In this document: piece by piece, positions 27,526 to 37,250 of the stretch | Layout: every line of letters begins with the position of its first letter | Position numbering within the stretch: the stretch's first letter is position 1 | DNA from: Bacteroidales bacterium | GTDB lineage: Bacteria; Bacteroidota; Bacteroidia; Bacteroidales; VadinHA17 | Assembly (NCBI GenBank): GCA_036261265.1 | Contig: DATALC010000105.1 | Coordinates: 906-64,905 of the forward strand | Length of the DNA stretch: 64,000 nucleotides | Direction: 5' to 3' | Translations under genes and position numbers: made by a program | Notes under the pieces: generated by a model | What the model was told of the DNA's origin: nothing | The model's input: only the letters and a program-made list of their open reading frames with translations | The model's database searches: none

Positions 27526-27542
27526 GTCCTTGATTCTCGACT

Positions 27543-28667
27543 TTAAAGACTCTTTTGATAAATTCTGAACTTTTTAACGACTTTGAGACCGACTCTTTCA
27601 TATTCGGCTCTCATTCTCGAATTATCTTCGAGAACAAGATGACTGTCGAGGCTTGTCATTTTATGCCGGATGCCTGACTGAAGGATTTTAACTCCCATCA
27701 GGACGTCCAATCCTTTGCCCCTGTATTCTTTTTTTACGCCGCCAAGCATCATCAGAAGCTTTTTTGTGCGTTTTGAATCCTGAAGGATTTTAAAGATCCC
27801 CAGAGGGAACAGTCTTCCTTTTGCTTCTCTTATACCTTTGCTGAAATCTGGCATACCCACGGCAAAACCAACGAGTTCGCCCTTGTCGGTTTCGACAAGC
27901 TTGACAAATTTCGGATCGAGTACGGGAAGGTAGCGTCCGGCAAACTCTTTTTTCTCACCATCATTGAGCGGAACAAATCCGTAAATTTCCTCAAATGTCT
28001 GGTTCATTAGCTCAAGTACTCCAATTATATAAGGTTTAAGCTCCTTTTTGCTGTTAAATTCAAGTATCCTGTATTCGGTCGTTTTATCGACCCTTGCAAG
28101 GACTTTCTGATATACAAGGGGAAGGCTTTCAGGAAGACCTCCAAGATAATTAACGAGATCAATTTTCTTCTCATAACCTTCATTTGCCATCATTTCAGGC
28201 ATATAAGACGAGTTATTGGGCGATGTCATAAACATCGGATATTCAAATCCCTCAATCTGGAATCCCTGGGGATCTTTATCAGAGAATCCAAGAGGACCAA
28301 CAATCTTTTTCATGCCTTTTTCCCTTACCCAGGACTCAACTTTACTCAGAAGGGCATGGAATACTTCCGGATCATTATAGCATTCCATGAAGCAGAACCT
28401 TCCATGGTTCTCATCATGGATCGCATTATAACGATTATTGATTATCCCCATAATCCTGCCAACAGGCTCATTGTTCTTTACAGCAAGAAGCAGTATTGTG
28501 TCGGCATATTTGTATGATCTGTTTTTCTTTTTATTGAAAAGAAGCCATTCGTCATTGTATATCGGCGGAAGCCATTCGGGCTCATTTTTATGAACTTTTT
28601 CAGGCAGGTAAATGAAATCGGTGAGATCTTTTTTTGTGGTAACCTCTTTTATAGTTATTTCCCCCAT
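27543..28667 (-). CDS. GNAT-fold acyltransferase, two-domain (uncharacterised)
   Basis: 374 aa. The C-terminal GNAT motif A is GGVKKEYRGKGLDVLM. The N-terminal domain also resembles an acyltransferase fold. Confidence 0.7.
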   Translation of the reverse strand: MGEITIKEVTTKKDLTDFIYLPEKVHKNEPEWLPPIYNDEWLLFNKKKNRSYKYADTILLLAVKNNEPVGRIMGIINNRYNAIHDENHGRFCFMECYNDPEVFHALLSKVESWVREKGMKKIVGPLGFSDKDPQGFQIEGFEYPMFMTSPNNSSYMPEMMANEGYEKKIDLVNYLGGLPESLPLVYQKVLARVDKTTEYRILEFNSKKELKPYIIGVLELMNQTFEEIYGFVPLNDGEKKEFAGRYLPVLDPKFVKLVETDKGELVGFAVGMPDFSKGIREAKGRLFPLGIFKILQDSKRTKKLLMMLGGVKKEYRGKGLDVLMGVKILQSGIRHKMTSLDSHLVLEDNSRMRAEYERVGLKVVKKFRIYQKSL

Positions 28668-28722
28668 AGTCTTTATTCAGGTAAGTACAAATGTTTTTGT
28701 TGGGGAAATATAATACAATTAT

Positions 28723-29595
28723 TTAAACGAAATACAAATCTGTAATCGTAAACAGGGCGAACACTATGCTTGCAATTCCGTTTGTTGTTGCAAATGCAAG
28801 GTTAACTCTGCTCAGATCATTGGGTTTAACAATAATATGCTGGTAAAGAAGAAGGATCGAAAATATTGCAGCACCGATCCAGTACAGAAGTCCGGAATGA
28901 TTTAAAATTCCTGCACAAGCAACAAGAAAAACTGAGATGATGTGCACAATGACTGATATTGTTATTGCCTTTTCCACTCCTGTTGCTGAAGGAATTGAGA
29001 AAAGGCTGTTTGATTTGTCGAACTCTTCATCCTGAAGCGAATATATAATATCAAATCCGCCCACCCATGTTATTACAATGAATGAATAGATCAGCGGCAA
29101 AAGCCGGAACTCTCCTGTAACAGAGATATAGGCCCCGATAGGGGCAAGGCTTAATCCGATTCCGAGAATAAAGTGACTTAAAGATGTAAACCTTTTTGTA
29201 TAGCTATATCCCAGAACAACAAGCAGCGCTACAGGTGATAAAAGGAGAGTAAGCCTGTTAATAAATGCGGTTGCAGTGATAAACAATAATGCATTAATAA
29301 CAACAAAGAAAACAGCCGCCTCATACCTGATTGACCCGGCAGGAATTTCCCTGTTTTTTGTTCTTGGATTGAGAGCGTCTATCTTCCTGTCTGCCACCCT
29401 GTTGAAACCCATTGCGGCATTTCTTGCAAATATCATGCACAGGATAACGAGTAAGAATAATTTTAGAGTGAAACTATATTCATCCTCTGAGACAGCCAGA
29501 AAAAAACCAATAAGTGCAAAAGGCATTGCAAAGACTGTGTGGCTGAATTTGACAAGTGAAAAATACTTACCTGCCGATTGGAATATGTTACTCAT
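28723..29595 (-). CDS. UbiA-family aromatic polyprenyltransferase
   Basis: 290 aa, about 8-9 TM segments, with Asp-rich motif 1 ([15 protein letters not shown]) and motif 2 (YSLQDEEFD). Confidence 0.88.
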   Translation of the reverse strand: MSNIFQSAGKYFSLVKFSHTVFAMPFALIGFFLAVSEDEYSFTLKLFLLVILCMIFARNAAMGFNRVADRKIDALNPRTKNREIPAGSIRYEAAVFFVVINALLFITATAFINRLTLLLSPVALLVVLGYSYTKRFTSLSHFILGIGLSLAPIGAYISVTGEFRLLPLIYSFIVITWVGGFDIIYSLQDEEFDKSNSLFSIPSATGVEKAITISVIVHIISVFLVACAGILNHSGLLYWIGAAIFSILLLYQHIIVKPNDLSRVNLAFATTNGIASIVFALFTITDLYFV

Positions 29596-30106
29596 TATCC
29601 AGATATTTCAGGTATATCTTGTAATTCTGATCGTCAAATGCAACGAAGATCACTTTCTGCGGAAGCTTGTTCTTATGAATAAATCTGTTAGTCTCTTTAA
29701 TTGCAATAAATGCTGCCTGATCTTTCGGGAACCCGTAGACGCCTGTTGAGATTCCCGGGAAAGCAATTGTCCTGATGCTATTATCCCTGGCCAGGCTTAG
29801 AGATTCCCTGTAACATGATGCGAGCAGGGCATGCTCATCCATGTTACCTCCATGCCATACAGGTCCGACTGTATGTATCACATATTTTGCTTTCAGGTTG
29901 TATCCGCCTGTAATTTTAGCCTTCCCTGTTTCACAACCATTCAATTTCTCACATTCTGCAAGTAAGCCTGGTCCTGCGGCCTTATGTATTGCGCCGTCAA
30001 CACCGCCGCCGCCCCGCAGGGTATTATTTGCTGCATTGACGATTGCGTCAACTTCAAGAAGAGTAATGTCTCCCCTGATAACTTCTATTCTCTCTGCTAA
30101 CTTCAC
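29588..30106 (-). CDS. Macro-domain protein (O-acetyl-ADP-ribose deacetylase, YmdB-like)
   Basis: 172 aa with [30 protein letters not shown] and [10 protein letters not shown]. It has a GTG start that overlaps the pheT stop (GTGA). Confidence 0.9.
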   Translation of the reverse strand: MKLAERIEVIRGDITLLEVDAIVNAANNTLRGGGGVDGAIHKAAGPGLLAECEKLNGCETGKAKITGGYNLKAKYVIHTVGPVWHGGNMDEHALLASCYRESLSLARDNSIRTIAFPGISTGVYGFPKDQAAFIAIKETNRFIHKNKLPQKVIFVAFDDQNYKIYLKYLDNE

Positions 30107-32559
30107 CTTATACGGGCGTTTATATCTCTCTCGTAAGCGCTGATCAGGTTGTTCATGATCTTATCAATGTTTTTATCTGTGAGAGTCCTCTGGTCATCAC
30201 GCAGAATAAAACTTACTGCATAGGACTTTTTGTTTTCTCCAAGCGAATCGCTCTCATAAACATCGAATAGCATCACTTCCTGTAGAATGTTACGTTCTGT
30301 CCGGAATGCAATATCCCTGATCTGGCTGAATTTCACGCTTCTGTCTATAAGCAACGCAAGATCACGCCTTACTGAAGGGTATTTAGGCAATTCATGGAAT
30401 GACACTTTATTGTTCCTGACAGCGTTAACAAGCATGCCCCAGTCAATATGGCCGTAATAAACATCCTGCCTTATATCAAATTTCTGAAGCACATTTTTAG
30501 AAATTCTTCCGGTTTCTGCAATGACTTTATTGCTATGAAGATATGCGATTGATTCAGCATAGTATTTCCTGTTTGTTTCAGCCAGCGAAAGATGTTCAGT
30601 CTGAATTCCAAGTCTCGACATTACTATATCAACATACGATTTCATATTGTAGAAATCAGTTGCATCTGATGTAGAGTTCCATGTTTTTCTGTATTTGTTG
30701 CCTGTAATGAAAAGGTCGAATGATTCCTTTTCGGTAAAGTCATCTACAACAGGTACTGCTTGCCCACTTTTATTATAAAAGTATATGTGGCCGCTCTCGT
30801 AAAGCTTCAGGTCGGGATTCTGCCTGTTGATGTTCCAGGCGATTGAACTCAATCCGCCGAAAAGAAGTGTCTGTCTCATTGAATTAAGATCTGAGCTCAG
30901 AGGATTGGCAAGCATAACAAGCTGATCCCTGTTGAAATCCTCATTCTGGTCGTACCAGGCTGATGGATTAAGTGAATTGCACATTATTTCAGCAAAACCG
31001 TTTGAAGTGAGCATATCTGAAACAATGTTAAGGAGCTTGTCTTTTTCAGGCTTTTCTGAATATGTAAGCGCCGAATTCACGTGTGTGCTTATTTCAACAT
31101 TATTATAACCGTAGATACGCAGAAGATCTTCAATTACATCAGCCTCTTTTTTCACATCCACCCTGTAGGTCGGGATCTCAAGAAGCATAACACCATTATT
31201 CTCATTCAGTATTTTAATGTCAAGAAGTCCAAGTATCTGCCTGACAGCTGATGGTTCTATTTTTTTACCGATAAGCTTATTTATATTTTCATACCTTGCT
31301 TCGATCTGAACCCTTTTTAAAGGAACAGGATAAATATCAACTATCTGCGAAGAGATTTTACCTCCGGCAAGCTCTTTTATCAGCATACTTGCACGTTTCA
31401 GGGCCCATGGTGCAATTTCTGGATCAGCTCCTCTTTCAAAACGGAATGAAGCATCTGTATTCAGACCATGCCTCCTTGCTGTTTTTCGTATCGAAACAGG
31501 ATTGAAGTATGCACTCTCCAGGAAGATATTTTTAGTTGCATCAGTAACCCCTGATTTTATGCCTCCGAAAACACCTGCGATGCACATTCCTTCTTCGGGA
31601 TTGCAGATCATCAGGTCTTTCGATGACATCGACCTCTCAACTGAATCAAGAGTTATGAATTTACTTTTATCAGGCAGGTTCCGGATAATAACTTTCTTCC
31701 CTGTAATTTTATCGGCATCGAAAGCGTGAAGAGGCTGACCTGCTTCGTGTTGTACGAAGTTAGTAATATCAACAACATTGTTTATCGGATTTAGACCAAT
31801 TGCTCTGAGCTTGTTCTTCAGCCATTCGGGTGATTCTCCGACTGTAATGTCGCTGATAGTAATCCCGGTATATCTTGGACAATCAATAGTATTTTCTATT
31901 ATTATTTCATAGACATTGTCGTTATTGTCGGGTTTAAAATTATCGACAGATGGAAGAACAGCTTTATCTGTATGACCACCGTTCATTATAAGGTATGCAG
32001 CAAGATCTCTTGCAACTCCAAAATGCGATCCGCTGTCTATCCTGTTCGGAGTCAATCCTATTTCAAATATAAAATCCCTGGTTACCCCGAAGTAATCAGC
32101 CGCGGGTGTTCCGACTACTGCATTCTTGTCGAGAACCATTATGCCCTGGTGATCGGTTCCAAGACCGAGCTCATCCTCGGCACAGATCATACCTTCTGAT
32201 ATTTCACCGCGAATTTTTGTTTTCTTAAGTTCAAACCTTTCATCGCCTTTAAAGACGAAAGTACCGGCAGGTGCAACAGGAACTTTCTGCCCGGCAGCAA
32301 CATTTGGAGCGCCGCAGACGATATGTAAAGGTTCCGGTTTCCCAATATTGACAGTTGTTACTGAAAGCTTATCTGCATCAGGATGTTTTTTGCATGTCAG
32401 AACCTCGCCTATAACAACACCCTCAAGTCCGCCTTTAACAGATACCCAATCCTCCGTTCCTTCAATCTCAAGCCCGATGTCTGTGAGTATTTCTGCAATT
32501 GTATGAGGGTCAAGGTCTGTTTTGAGATAATCTTTAAGCCAATTGTACGAAATTTTCAT
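30103..32559 (-). CDS. pheT: Phenylalanine--tRNA ligase beta subunit
   Basis: Starts [12 protein letters not shown], has the tRNA-binding domain ([18 protein letters not shown]) and B3/4 and B5 domains. The start is placed at ATG complement 32557-32559. The track ORF reaches 32625, but a -7 box lies inside that extension. Confidence 0.95.
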   Translation of the reverse strand: MKISYNWLKDYLKTDLDPHTIAEILTDIGLEIEGTEDWVSVKGGLEGVVIGEVLTCKKHPDADKLSVTTVNIGKPEPLHIVCGAPNVAAGQKVPVAPAGTFVFKGDERFELKKTKIRGEISEGMICAEDELGLGTDHQGIMVLDKNAVVGTPAADYFGVTRDFIFEIGLTPNRIDSGSHFGVARDLAAYLIMNGGHTDKAVLPSVDNFKPDNNDNVYEIIIENTIDCPRYTGITISDITVGESPEWLKNKLRAIGLNPINNVVDITNFVQHEAGQPLHAFDADKITGKKVIIRNLPDKSKFITLDSVERSMSSKDLMICNPEEGMCIAGVFGGIKSGVTDATKNIFLESAYFNPVSIRKTARRHGLNTDASFRFERGADPEIAPWALKRASMLIKELAGGKISSQIVDIYPVPLKRVQIEARYENINKLIGKKIEPSAVRQILGLLDIKILNENNGVMLLEIPTYRVDVKKEADVIEDLLRIYGYNNVEISTHVNSALTYSEKPEKDKLLNIVSDMLTSNGFAEIMCNSLNPSAWYDQNEDFNRDQLVMLANPLSSDLNSMRQTLLFGGLSSIAWNINRQNPDLKLYESGHIYFYNKSGQAVPVVDDFTEKESFDLFITGNKYRKTWNSTSDATDFYNMKSYVDIVMSRLGIQTEHLSLAETNRKYYAESIAYLHSNKVIAETGRISKNVLQKFDIRQDVYYGHIDWGMLVNAVRNNKVSFHELPKYPSVRRDLALLIDRSVKFSQIRDIAFRTERNILQEVMLFDVYESDSLGENKKSYAVSFILRDDQRTLTDKNIDKIMNNLISAYERDINARIR

Positions 32560-32588
32560 CTTTTTGTTATAAATCTGTTGTAAGTCAG

Positions 32589-32596
32589 CAAAAGTA
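32589..32596 (-). promoter_or_regulatory. Bacteroidetes-type -7 box (TACTTTTG) for pheT
   Basis: The minus strand reads TACTTTTG, an exact match to TAnnTTTG, 30 nt upstream of the 32559 ATG. No clean -33 TTTG was seen. Confidence 0.4.
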
Positions 32597-32651
32597 AGGA
32601 ATTTTGGGAAATTGTCATCGGGCATAATTTATATGTTACCTATGACCTTTC

Positions 32652-32975
32652 GTACGACGACACCCCTCCAACCCCCTGGAAGAAGGTATAAATTATTGAT
32701 GTAAGAATATTTTTGGTATGACGACACCCCCCAACCCTCTGGAGGTCTGAACCCCCTGCCCCCTGGAAGGTCTGAACCCCCTGCCCCCTGTAAGGTCGGA
32801 ACCCCCTGCCCCCTGGAAGGTCGGAACCCCCAACCCCCTGGAGGTCAGAACCCCCTGCCCCCTGGAAGGTCGGACCCCCCTGCCCCCTGGAAGGGGGTAT
32901 AAAAAACTCAATATGAGGAAGATATTTCTTTGATTGGAAAGCTCAGGTCCCCCCAGGGGGATTTAGGGGTCGTAA
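32652..32975. repeat. Composite C-rich repeat element: two direct heads, six 24-25-bp tandem units, shared tail, one inverted head
   Basis: Head 1 plus tail at 32652-32690. Head 2 at 32719-32745. Units TC(T/G/A)GAACCCCCTGCCCCCTGGAAGG at 32746, 32771, 32796, 32821, 32845 and 32870. Tail is GGGGTATAAAAA. The inverted degenerate head is at 32947-32975. Confidence 0.9.
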
Positions 32976-33027
32976 CAAAGAGGAATTGCTGCTAACTAAT
33001 TGATAAATTAAGTGGAAATAAATTCTC

Positions 33028-33035
33028 TATATTTG
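33028..33035 (+). promoter_or_regulatory. Bacteroidetes-type -7 box (TATATTTG) for surE operon
   Basis: Exact TAnnTTTG match 20 nt upstream of the surE ATG. Confidence 0.45.
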
Positions 33036-33054
33036 TACCTCAAACAATTAAAGT

Positions 33055-33837
33055 ATGGTTGTTGAAGAAGAAGACAGGCTTATTTTGCTTACAAATGACG
33101 ACGGTTTATACGCCGAAGGACTGAAAACACTTCTCGGGGTAATGGAGGAATTCGGTAAGGTGATCCTTATCTCGACAATAGAAAGTATGTCGGGGATGTC
33201 TCAGGCTCTTACAGTTAAAGTTCCGTTGAGAGTCAGACTTATCGAAGAAAACGAAAAACACAGGATCTATGCCTGCAACGGCACCCCGACAGACTGTGTA
33301 AAGCTTGCTGTTAACCAGCTCGTCGAAAGAATGCCCGACTGGGTTGTATCGGGGATTAATCATGGTTCAAATGCATCTGTCAGCGTACTTTATTCGGGTA
33401 CAATGGGTGCAGCTATCGAGGGATGCCTTTATGGGATAAATTCAGTTGGATTCTCGCTAAATGATTTTTCTTCCTCAGCTGATTTTTCGGTATGCAGCAA
33501 ATATATAAGGCTTGTAATGAAGAAAGTGGCTGCCGATCCTCTTCCTGAAGGTATATGCCTGAATGTTAACATTCCGGCAGTAGCAAAAGAGGCAATAAAA
33601 GGAATAAAAGTCTGCAGGCAGTCAAGGGGCAACTGGAAGGAAGAATTCGAAAAGCGAAAAGACCCCATGGGTAAATCATATTACTGGCTTACCGGAATAT
33701 TCAGAAATCATGAACCGGACGCAACCGATACTGATGAATGGGCTCTGGCAAATAATTATGTTTCGGTTGTTCCCGTTTCGATTGATATGACAGCTCACTC
33801 GTATATAGATAAACTCAGAGCAGGGTTTGGAAAATGA
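33055..33837 (+). CDS. surE: 5'/3'-nucleotidase SurE
   Basis: 260 aa with ILLTNDDG and SGINHGSN...YSGTMGAA. Confidence 0.93.
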   Translation: MVVEEEDRLILLTNDDGLYAEGLKTLLGVMEEFGKVILISTIESMSGMSQALTVKVPLRVRLIEENEKHRIYACNGTPTDCVKLAVNQLVERMPDWVVSGINHGSNASVSVLYSGTMGAAIEGCLYGINSVGFSLNDFSSSADFSVCSKYIRLVMKKVAADPLPEGICLNVNIPAVAKEAIKGIKVCRQSRGNWKEEFEKRKDPMGKSYYWLTGIFRNHEPDATDTDEWALANNYVSVVPVSIDMTAHSYIDKLRAGFGK

Positions 33838-34133
33838 ATATTGCAGAGAAATATGATAAAACTATAACAGGAATAATCTCAGGCACATTGCTTCCTGTTT
33901 TAGTTGCCTTTACTATCTATTTAACTTCATCCTCAGGATTATCTGTGCATGGCTATCTTATACGTATATCCGAGACTAATATAATTACCCATTCAATTTC
34001 ATTATGCGTGTTTCCTAATGTTGTTATATTCCTTATATTCAACAGATATGATATGCTGAAAGCCTGCCGTGGTGTACTGGCTGTGACAATAGGCTGGGCA
34101 GTTATCGTTTTTGCTTTAAAATTCTTCGGATGA
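33834..34133 (+). CDS. Small membrane protein (3 TM), hypothetical
   Basis: 99 aa. Its start and stop both overlap the neighbouring genes by 4 nt (ATGA), which supports translation. Confidence 0.6.
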   Translation: MNIAEKYDKTITGIISGTLLPVLVAFTIYLTSSSGLSVHGYLIRISETNIITHSISLCVFPNVVIFLIFNRYDMLKACRGVLAVTIGWAVIVFALKFFG

Positions 34134-35251
34134 AATATTTTATAATTGCAGGTGAGCAATCCGGCGATCTTCATGGCTCAAATCTTATAAGAGGTCTGTA
34201 TAGTTCTGATACGAAGGCTGAAATCGTATGCTGGGGTGGAGACCTTATGGAAGAAGCAGGCGCAAAGCTGCTTATGCACTATAATAAAACTGCAGTGATG
34301 GGTTTTATTGCGGTACTGAAAAATCTGCCTGCCATATCGAAAAACCTTGAGCTTTGTAAAAAAAATATTAAAGAATTCAATCCTGATGTAGTAATTTTCA
34401 TCGATTACCCGGGTTTCAACCTCAGGATTGCCGAATTTGCAAAAAATGCAGGTTACAGGACGTTCTACTATATATCCCCAAAATTCTGGGCATGGAACGA
34501 AGGAAGGGTCAGTAAGGTAAAGAAATTCATCGACAGGATGTTCATAATTTTCCCTTTCGAAACCAATTTCTACAGGGTTCATGGAATAGACGTCGAATAC
34601 ATGGGAAACCCTCTTGTGGATGAAATAGCAAAAAGAAATGAGCTGATGCCTCCGAAAAATGAAATCCTTCGTTCATTGAACCTCGAAGGGAAGCCTGTAA
34701 TAGCGGTATTGGCAGGCAGCAGGAAGCATGAAATAGAATATGGTCTTCCTGTTATGATAAAGGCAATGCATCATTTTCCTGAATACCAGTTTGTGCTTGC
34801 GGGCGTAAGGAATATTAGCGATGATTTCTACAAGAAAATAACAGGCAACAATGATATAAGGCTCATAAAAGAGAAAACATACGAGATACTCCATGTTGCA
34901 GAAGCTGCCCTGGTTACTTCAGGAACAGCAACCCTTGAGGCTGCTCTTCACGGGACTCCCCAGGTAGTCTGTTATAAAGGTGATTTCATTTCGATGCTTA
35001 TCGGCTGGATCGTCATAAAAGTGAAACATATTTCGCTTGTTAATCTCATTATGAATGCTGAAATTGTCAGGGAACTGGTTCAGTATGATCTCACGGAAGA
35101 TAACATTGTGAAGGAGCTCAGGGCAATCCTGCCAGGAGGGGAACGAAGGGAGAAAATGCTTACGGGATATGAGGAATTAAGGAAAACACTGGGCCCTGCA
35201 GGAGCTTCTGCAAGAATTGCTTCAGGGATGGTGAATGAACTCAGAAACTAA
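34130..35251 (+). CDS. lpxB: Lipid-A-disaccharide synthase
   Basis: 373 aa with MKYFIIAGEQSGDLHGSNLI, ASGTATLEAAL and the GT19 pattern. Confidence 0.93.
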   Translation: MKYFIIAGEQSGDLHGSNLIRGLYSSDTKAEIVCWGGDLMEEAGAKLLMHYNKTAVMGFIAVLKNLPAISKNLELCKKNIKEFNPDVVIFIDYPGFNLRIAEFAKNAGYRTFYYISPKFWAWNEGRVSKVKKFIDRMFIIFPFETNFYRVHGIDVEYMGNPLVDEIAKRNELMPPKNEILRSLNLEGKPVIAVLAGSRKHEIEYGLPVMIKAMHHFPEYQFVLAGVRNISDDFYKKITGNNDIRLIKEKTYEILHVAEAALVTSGTATLEAALHGTPQVVCYKGDFISMLIGWIVIKVKHISLVNLIMNAEIVRELVQYDLTEDNIVKELRAILPGGERREKMLTGYEELRKTLGPAGASARIASGMVNELRN

Positions 35252-36437
35252 TATTTCCGTGAAAAATCATCTGAAATCGCCCGTATTTAAGCTGAAAACA
35301 TTTCTTTTGGTAACAATATTACTTACGGGCGGCCTTTCGTATGGCCAGATCAAAATAAGACTTTTTGCGGATCGCAAACCTGAAACTCTATTTTTCTCTG
35401 TTACAGGAGGGAAATATTTAATGTATGATTTCATTGGTGATACAATCAGGCTTGCAAAGGGGGATATTGTTGTAATTTCTGATTTCAATGGAAAACTTGG
35501 AGTAAAACCCAGGAATGTGAGTGGTTTTTTTTCGGACTCCCTGATTATCGAAGCCCTTGAAGGTGATGCTTCATTTTATCTGAAAGCAGACAATTCTGAA
35601 AAGCGGTTTTATTCAGGCGATCTGAAGGTTGTTGCAGATCTTAATACGATTCTGATTATAAACAGCTGTGATGAAGAAAAATATATAGAAGGCGTGGTAA
35701 TTGCTGAAGGGGGAGGAGGCAGGAATACAGAGTACTTTAAAACCCAGGCTATACTTGCAAGGACATACCTGTACAAGTATCGCAACAAACATCTTATTGA
35801 TGGTTATAATCTTTGTGATGGTATCCATTGCCAGGCTTACGACGGTTTATGCACAGATTCTGTTGTAAGCAGAGCAACAATGTCAACAAAAGGGCTTGTA
35901 ATTCTTGACAGCGATAAAAATCTCATAATCTCGGCTTTTCATTCAAATTGCGGCGGACAAACTGCATCAAGTGAAGATGTCTGGCTCACATCTGTGCCCT
36001 ACCTCAGAAGTGTAAAGGATCCATACTGCGTCTCTTCAAGGAACTCAGCCTGGCAGAGAACATACAATGCTGATGAATGGATGAATATGATCCATCGTTT
36101 ATCACATACATCAGCAGAAATCAATGCTTCTGACATTGGTTATCAGCAGGAAAACAGGACCACCGATTATAAAGCCGGTCAGATTTCAATACCATTCAGA
36201 AATATCCGGTCGGAATTAAACCTGAAATCTGCTTATTTCTCCGTGCTTCCCGATAGCAATAAGATACTTCTTAAGGGAAGGGGATACGGACATGGTGTAG
36301 GATTGTGCCAGGAAGGCGCTATTGTGATGGCGGCGAAAGGTTTCAGTTACATGCAGATAATTAATTTTTATTATTTTGGAGTAAGCATTGCCGACATTGG
36401 CACAGCAAAAAAGATAAATAATGAAGAAATCAGGTAA
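35235..36437 (+). CDS. SpoIID/LytB-domain protein
   Basis: 400 aa. Contains YIEGVVIAE, EYFKTQAILARTY, FHSNCGGQTASSEDVW and GYGHGVGLCQEGA, which are SpoIID hallmark blocks. Confidence 0.85.
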   Translation: MNSETNISVKNHLKSPVFKLKTFLLVTILLTGGLSYGQIKIRLFADRKPETLFFSVTGGKYLMYDFIGDTIRLAKGDIVVISDFNGKLGVKPRNVSGFFSDSLIIEALEGDASFYLKADNSEKRFYSGDLKVVADLNTILIINSCDEEKYIEGVVIAEGGGGRNTEYFKTQAILARTYLYKYRNKHLIDGYNLCDGIHCQAYDGLCTDSVVSRATMSTKGLVILDSDKNLIISAFHSNCGGQTASSEDVWLTSVPYLRSVKDPYCVSSRNSAWQRTYNADEWMNMIHRLSHTSAEINASDIGYQQENRTTDYKAGQISIPFRNIRSELNLKSAYFSVLPDSNKILLKGRGYGHGVGLCQEGAIVMAAKGFSYMQIINFYYFGVSIADIGTAKKINNEEIR

Positions 36438-36485
36438 TTAAGTGTCAGGATTTCGGAAAACCAGGAAACCGGTATAATAAAAAAC

Positions 36486-36493
36486 TAAATTTG
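36486..36493 (+). promoter_or_regulatory. Bacteroidetes-type -7 box (TAAATTTG) for gldF
   Basis: Exact TAnnTTTG match 17 nt upstream of the gldF ATG. Confidence 0.45.
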
Positions 36494-36509
36494 AAGTTCA
36501 ATTAATTCT

Positions 36510-37250
36510 ATGCTGGCGATTTTTAAGAAAGAGATCAGGGGTTTTTTCAGCGGGCTTACAGGCTATATTGTAATAGTATTCTTCCTGCTGATCAACAGCT
36601 TGTTCATGTGGGTTTTTCCCGGTGAATGGAACATACTCGACAGCGGGTACGCGGGTCTCGACACACTGTTCTTTATATCACCATGGGTGTTTCTGTTCCT
36701 TGTTCCATCAGTTACTATGAGAATGATTGCAGAGGAAAAAAGACTTGGCACAATCGAGCTTATTTACTCAAAACCTGTAAGTGAAAGAGGTATTGTCTAT
36801 GGCAAATACCTTGCATCTGTGGCACTTGTTCTTCTGGCATTACTTCCCGGCTTAATTTACTATATCTCTGTTTATATTCTCGGTGAAGTTCCCGGGAATC
36901 TTGATAAAGGCGGAACTCTTGGCGCTCTTATTGGACTGTTCTTTCTTGCTTCTGTATATGCTTCTGCGGGTATTTTTGCCTCGTCTCTTACTGATAATCA
37001 GGTGATAGCGTTTATGACTGCAGTTGTTATCTGTTTCTTCCTGTTCATGGGCTTTGATTCATTTGCATACCTCCCCGGCTTAAAAAAGCTTGACGAATTT
37101 GTAATACAATTAGGGATCAACGAGCATTATAAATCTATTAGCAGAGGGGTGATCGATATCAGGGATATAACTTATTTTCTTGCAGTCATATCGATATTCG
37201 GTGAACTGACTGTATTCAGCCTTCAATCAAGAAAATGGAGGAACAGATGA
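36510..37250 (+). CDS. gldF: Gliding-motility-associated ABC transporter permease GldF
   Basis: 246 aa. MLAIFKKEIRGFFSGLTGYIVIVFFLLINSLFMWVFPGEWNIL... and GTIELIYSKP closely follow the GldF pattern. Confidence 0.85.
   Translation: MLAIFKKEIRGFFSGLTGYIVIVFFLLINSLFMWVFPGEWNILDSGYAGLDTLFFISPWVFLFLVPSVTMRMIAEEKRLGTIELIYSKPVSERGIVYGKYLASVALVLLALLPGLIYYISVYILGEVPGNLDKGGTLGALIGLFFLASVYASAGIFASSLTDNQVIAFMTAVVICFFLFMGFDSFAYLPGLKKLDEFVIQLGINEHYKSISRGVIDIRDITYFLAVISIFGELTVFSLQSRKWRNR

Noticed and set aside
27386-27601. 71-aa minus-strand ORF ending in ...YELYELYELYELYKLYKLYKLYKL...
   Set aside because: It is simply the in-frame translation of the 9-bp tandem repeat. It overlaps the 3' end of the real acyltransferase gene in another frame and has no start context.
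32560-32625. N-terminal extensions suggested by the ORF track: pheT to 32625, M16 peptidase from 56842, M1 peptidase to 61523, GH130 to 3443, DUF4340-like from 38957, nagA from 46247, xdhC from 51166, and the outer-membrane protein from 25531
   Set aside because: In each case an internal ATG gives the canonical family N-terminus or a clean signal peptide or lipobox, and removes long overlaps with the upstream gene. For pheT, a -7 promoter box lies inside the extension.
32693-32911. 72-aa minus-strand ORF rich in Gly, Arg and Pro (GRGVRPSRGQGV...)
   Set aside because: It is a translation of the 25-bp C-rich tandem array. A 25-bp period is not a multiple of 3, so the apparent peptide repeat drifts between frames. 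It lies between two divergent promoters.
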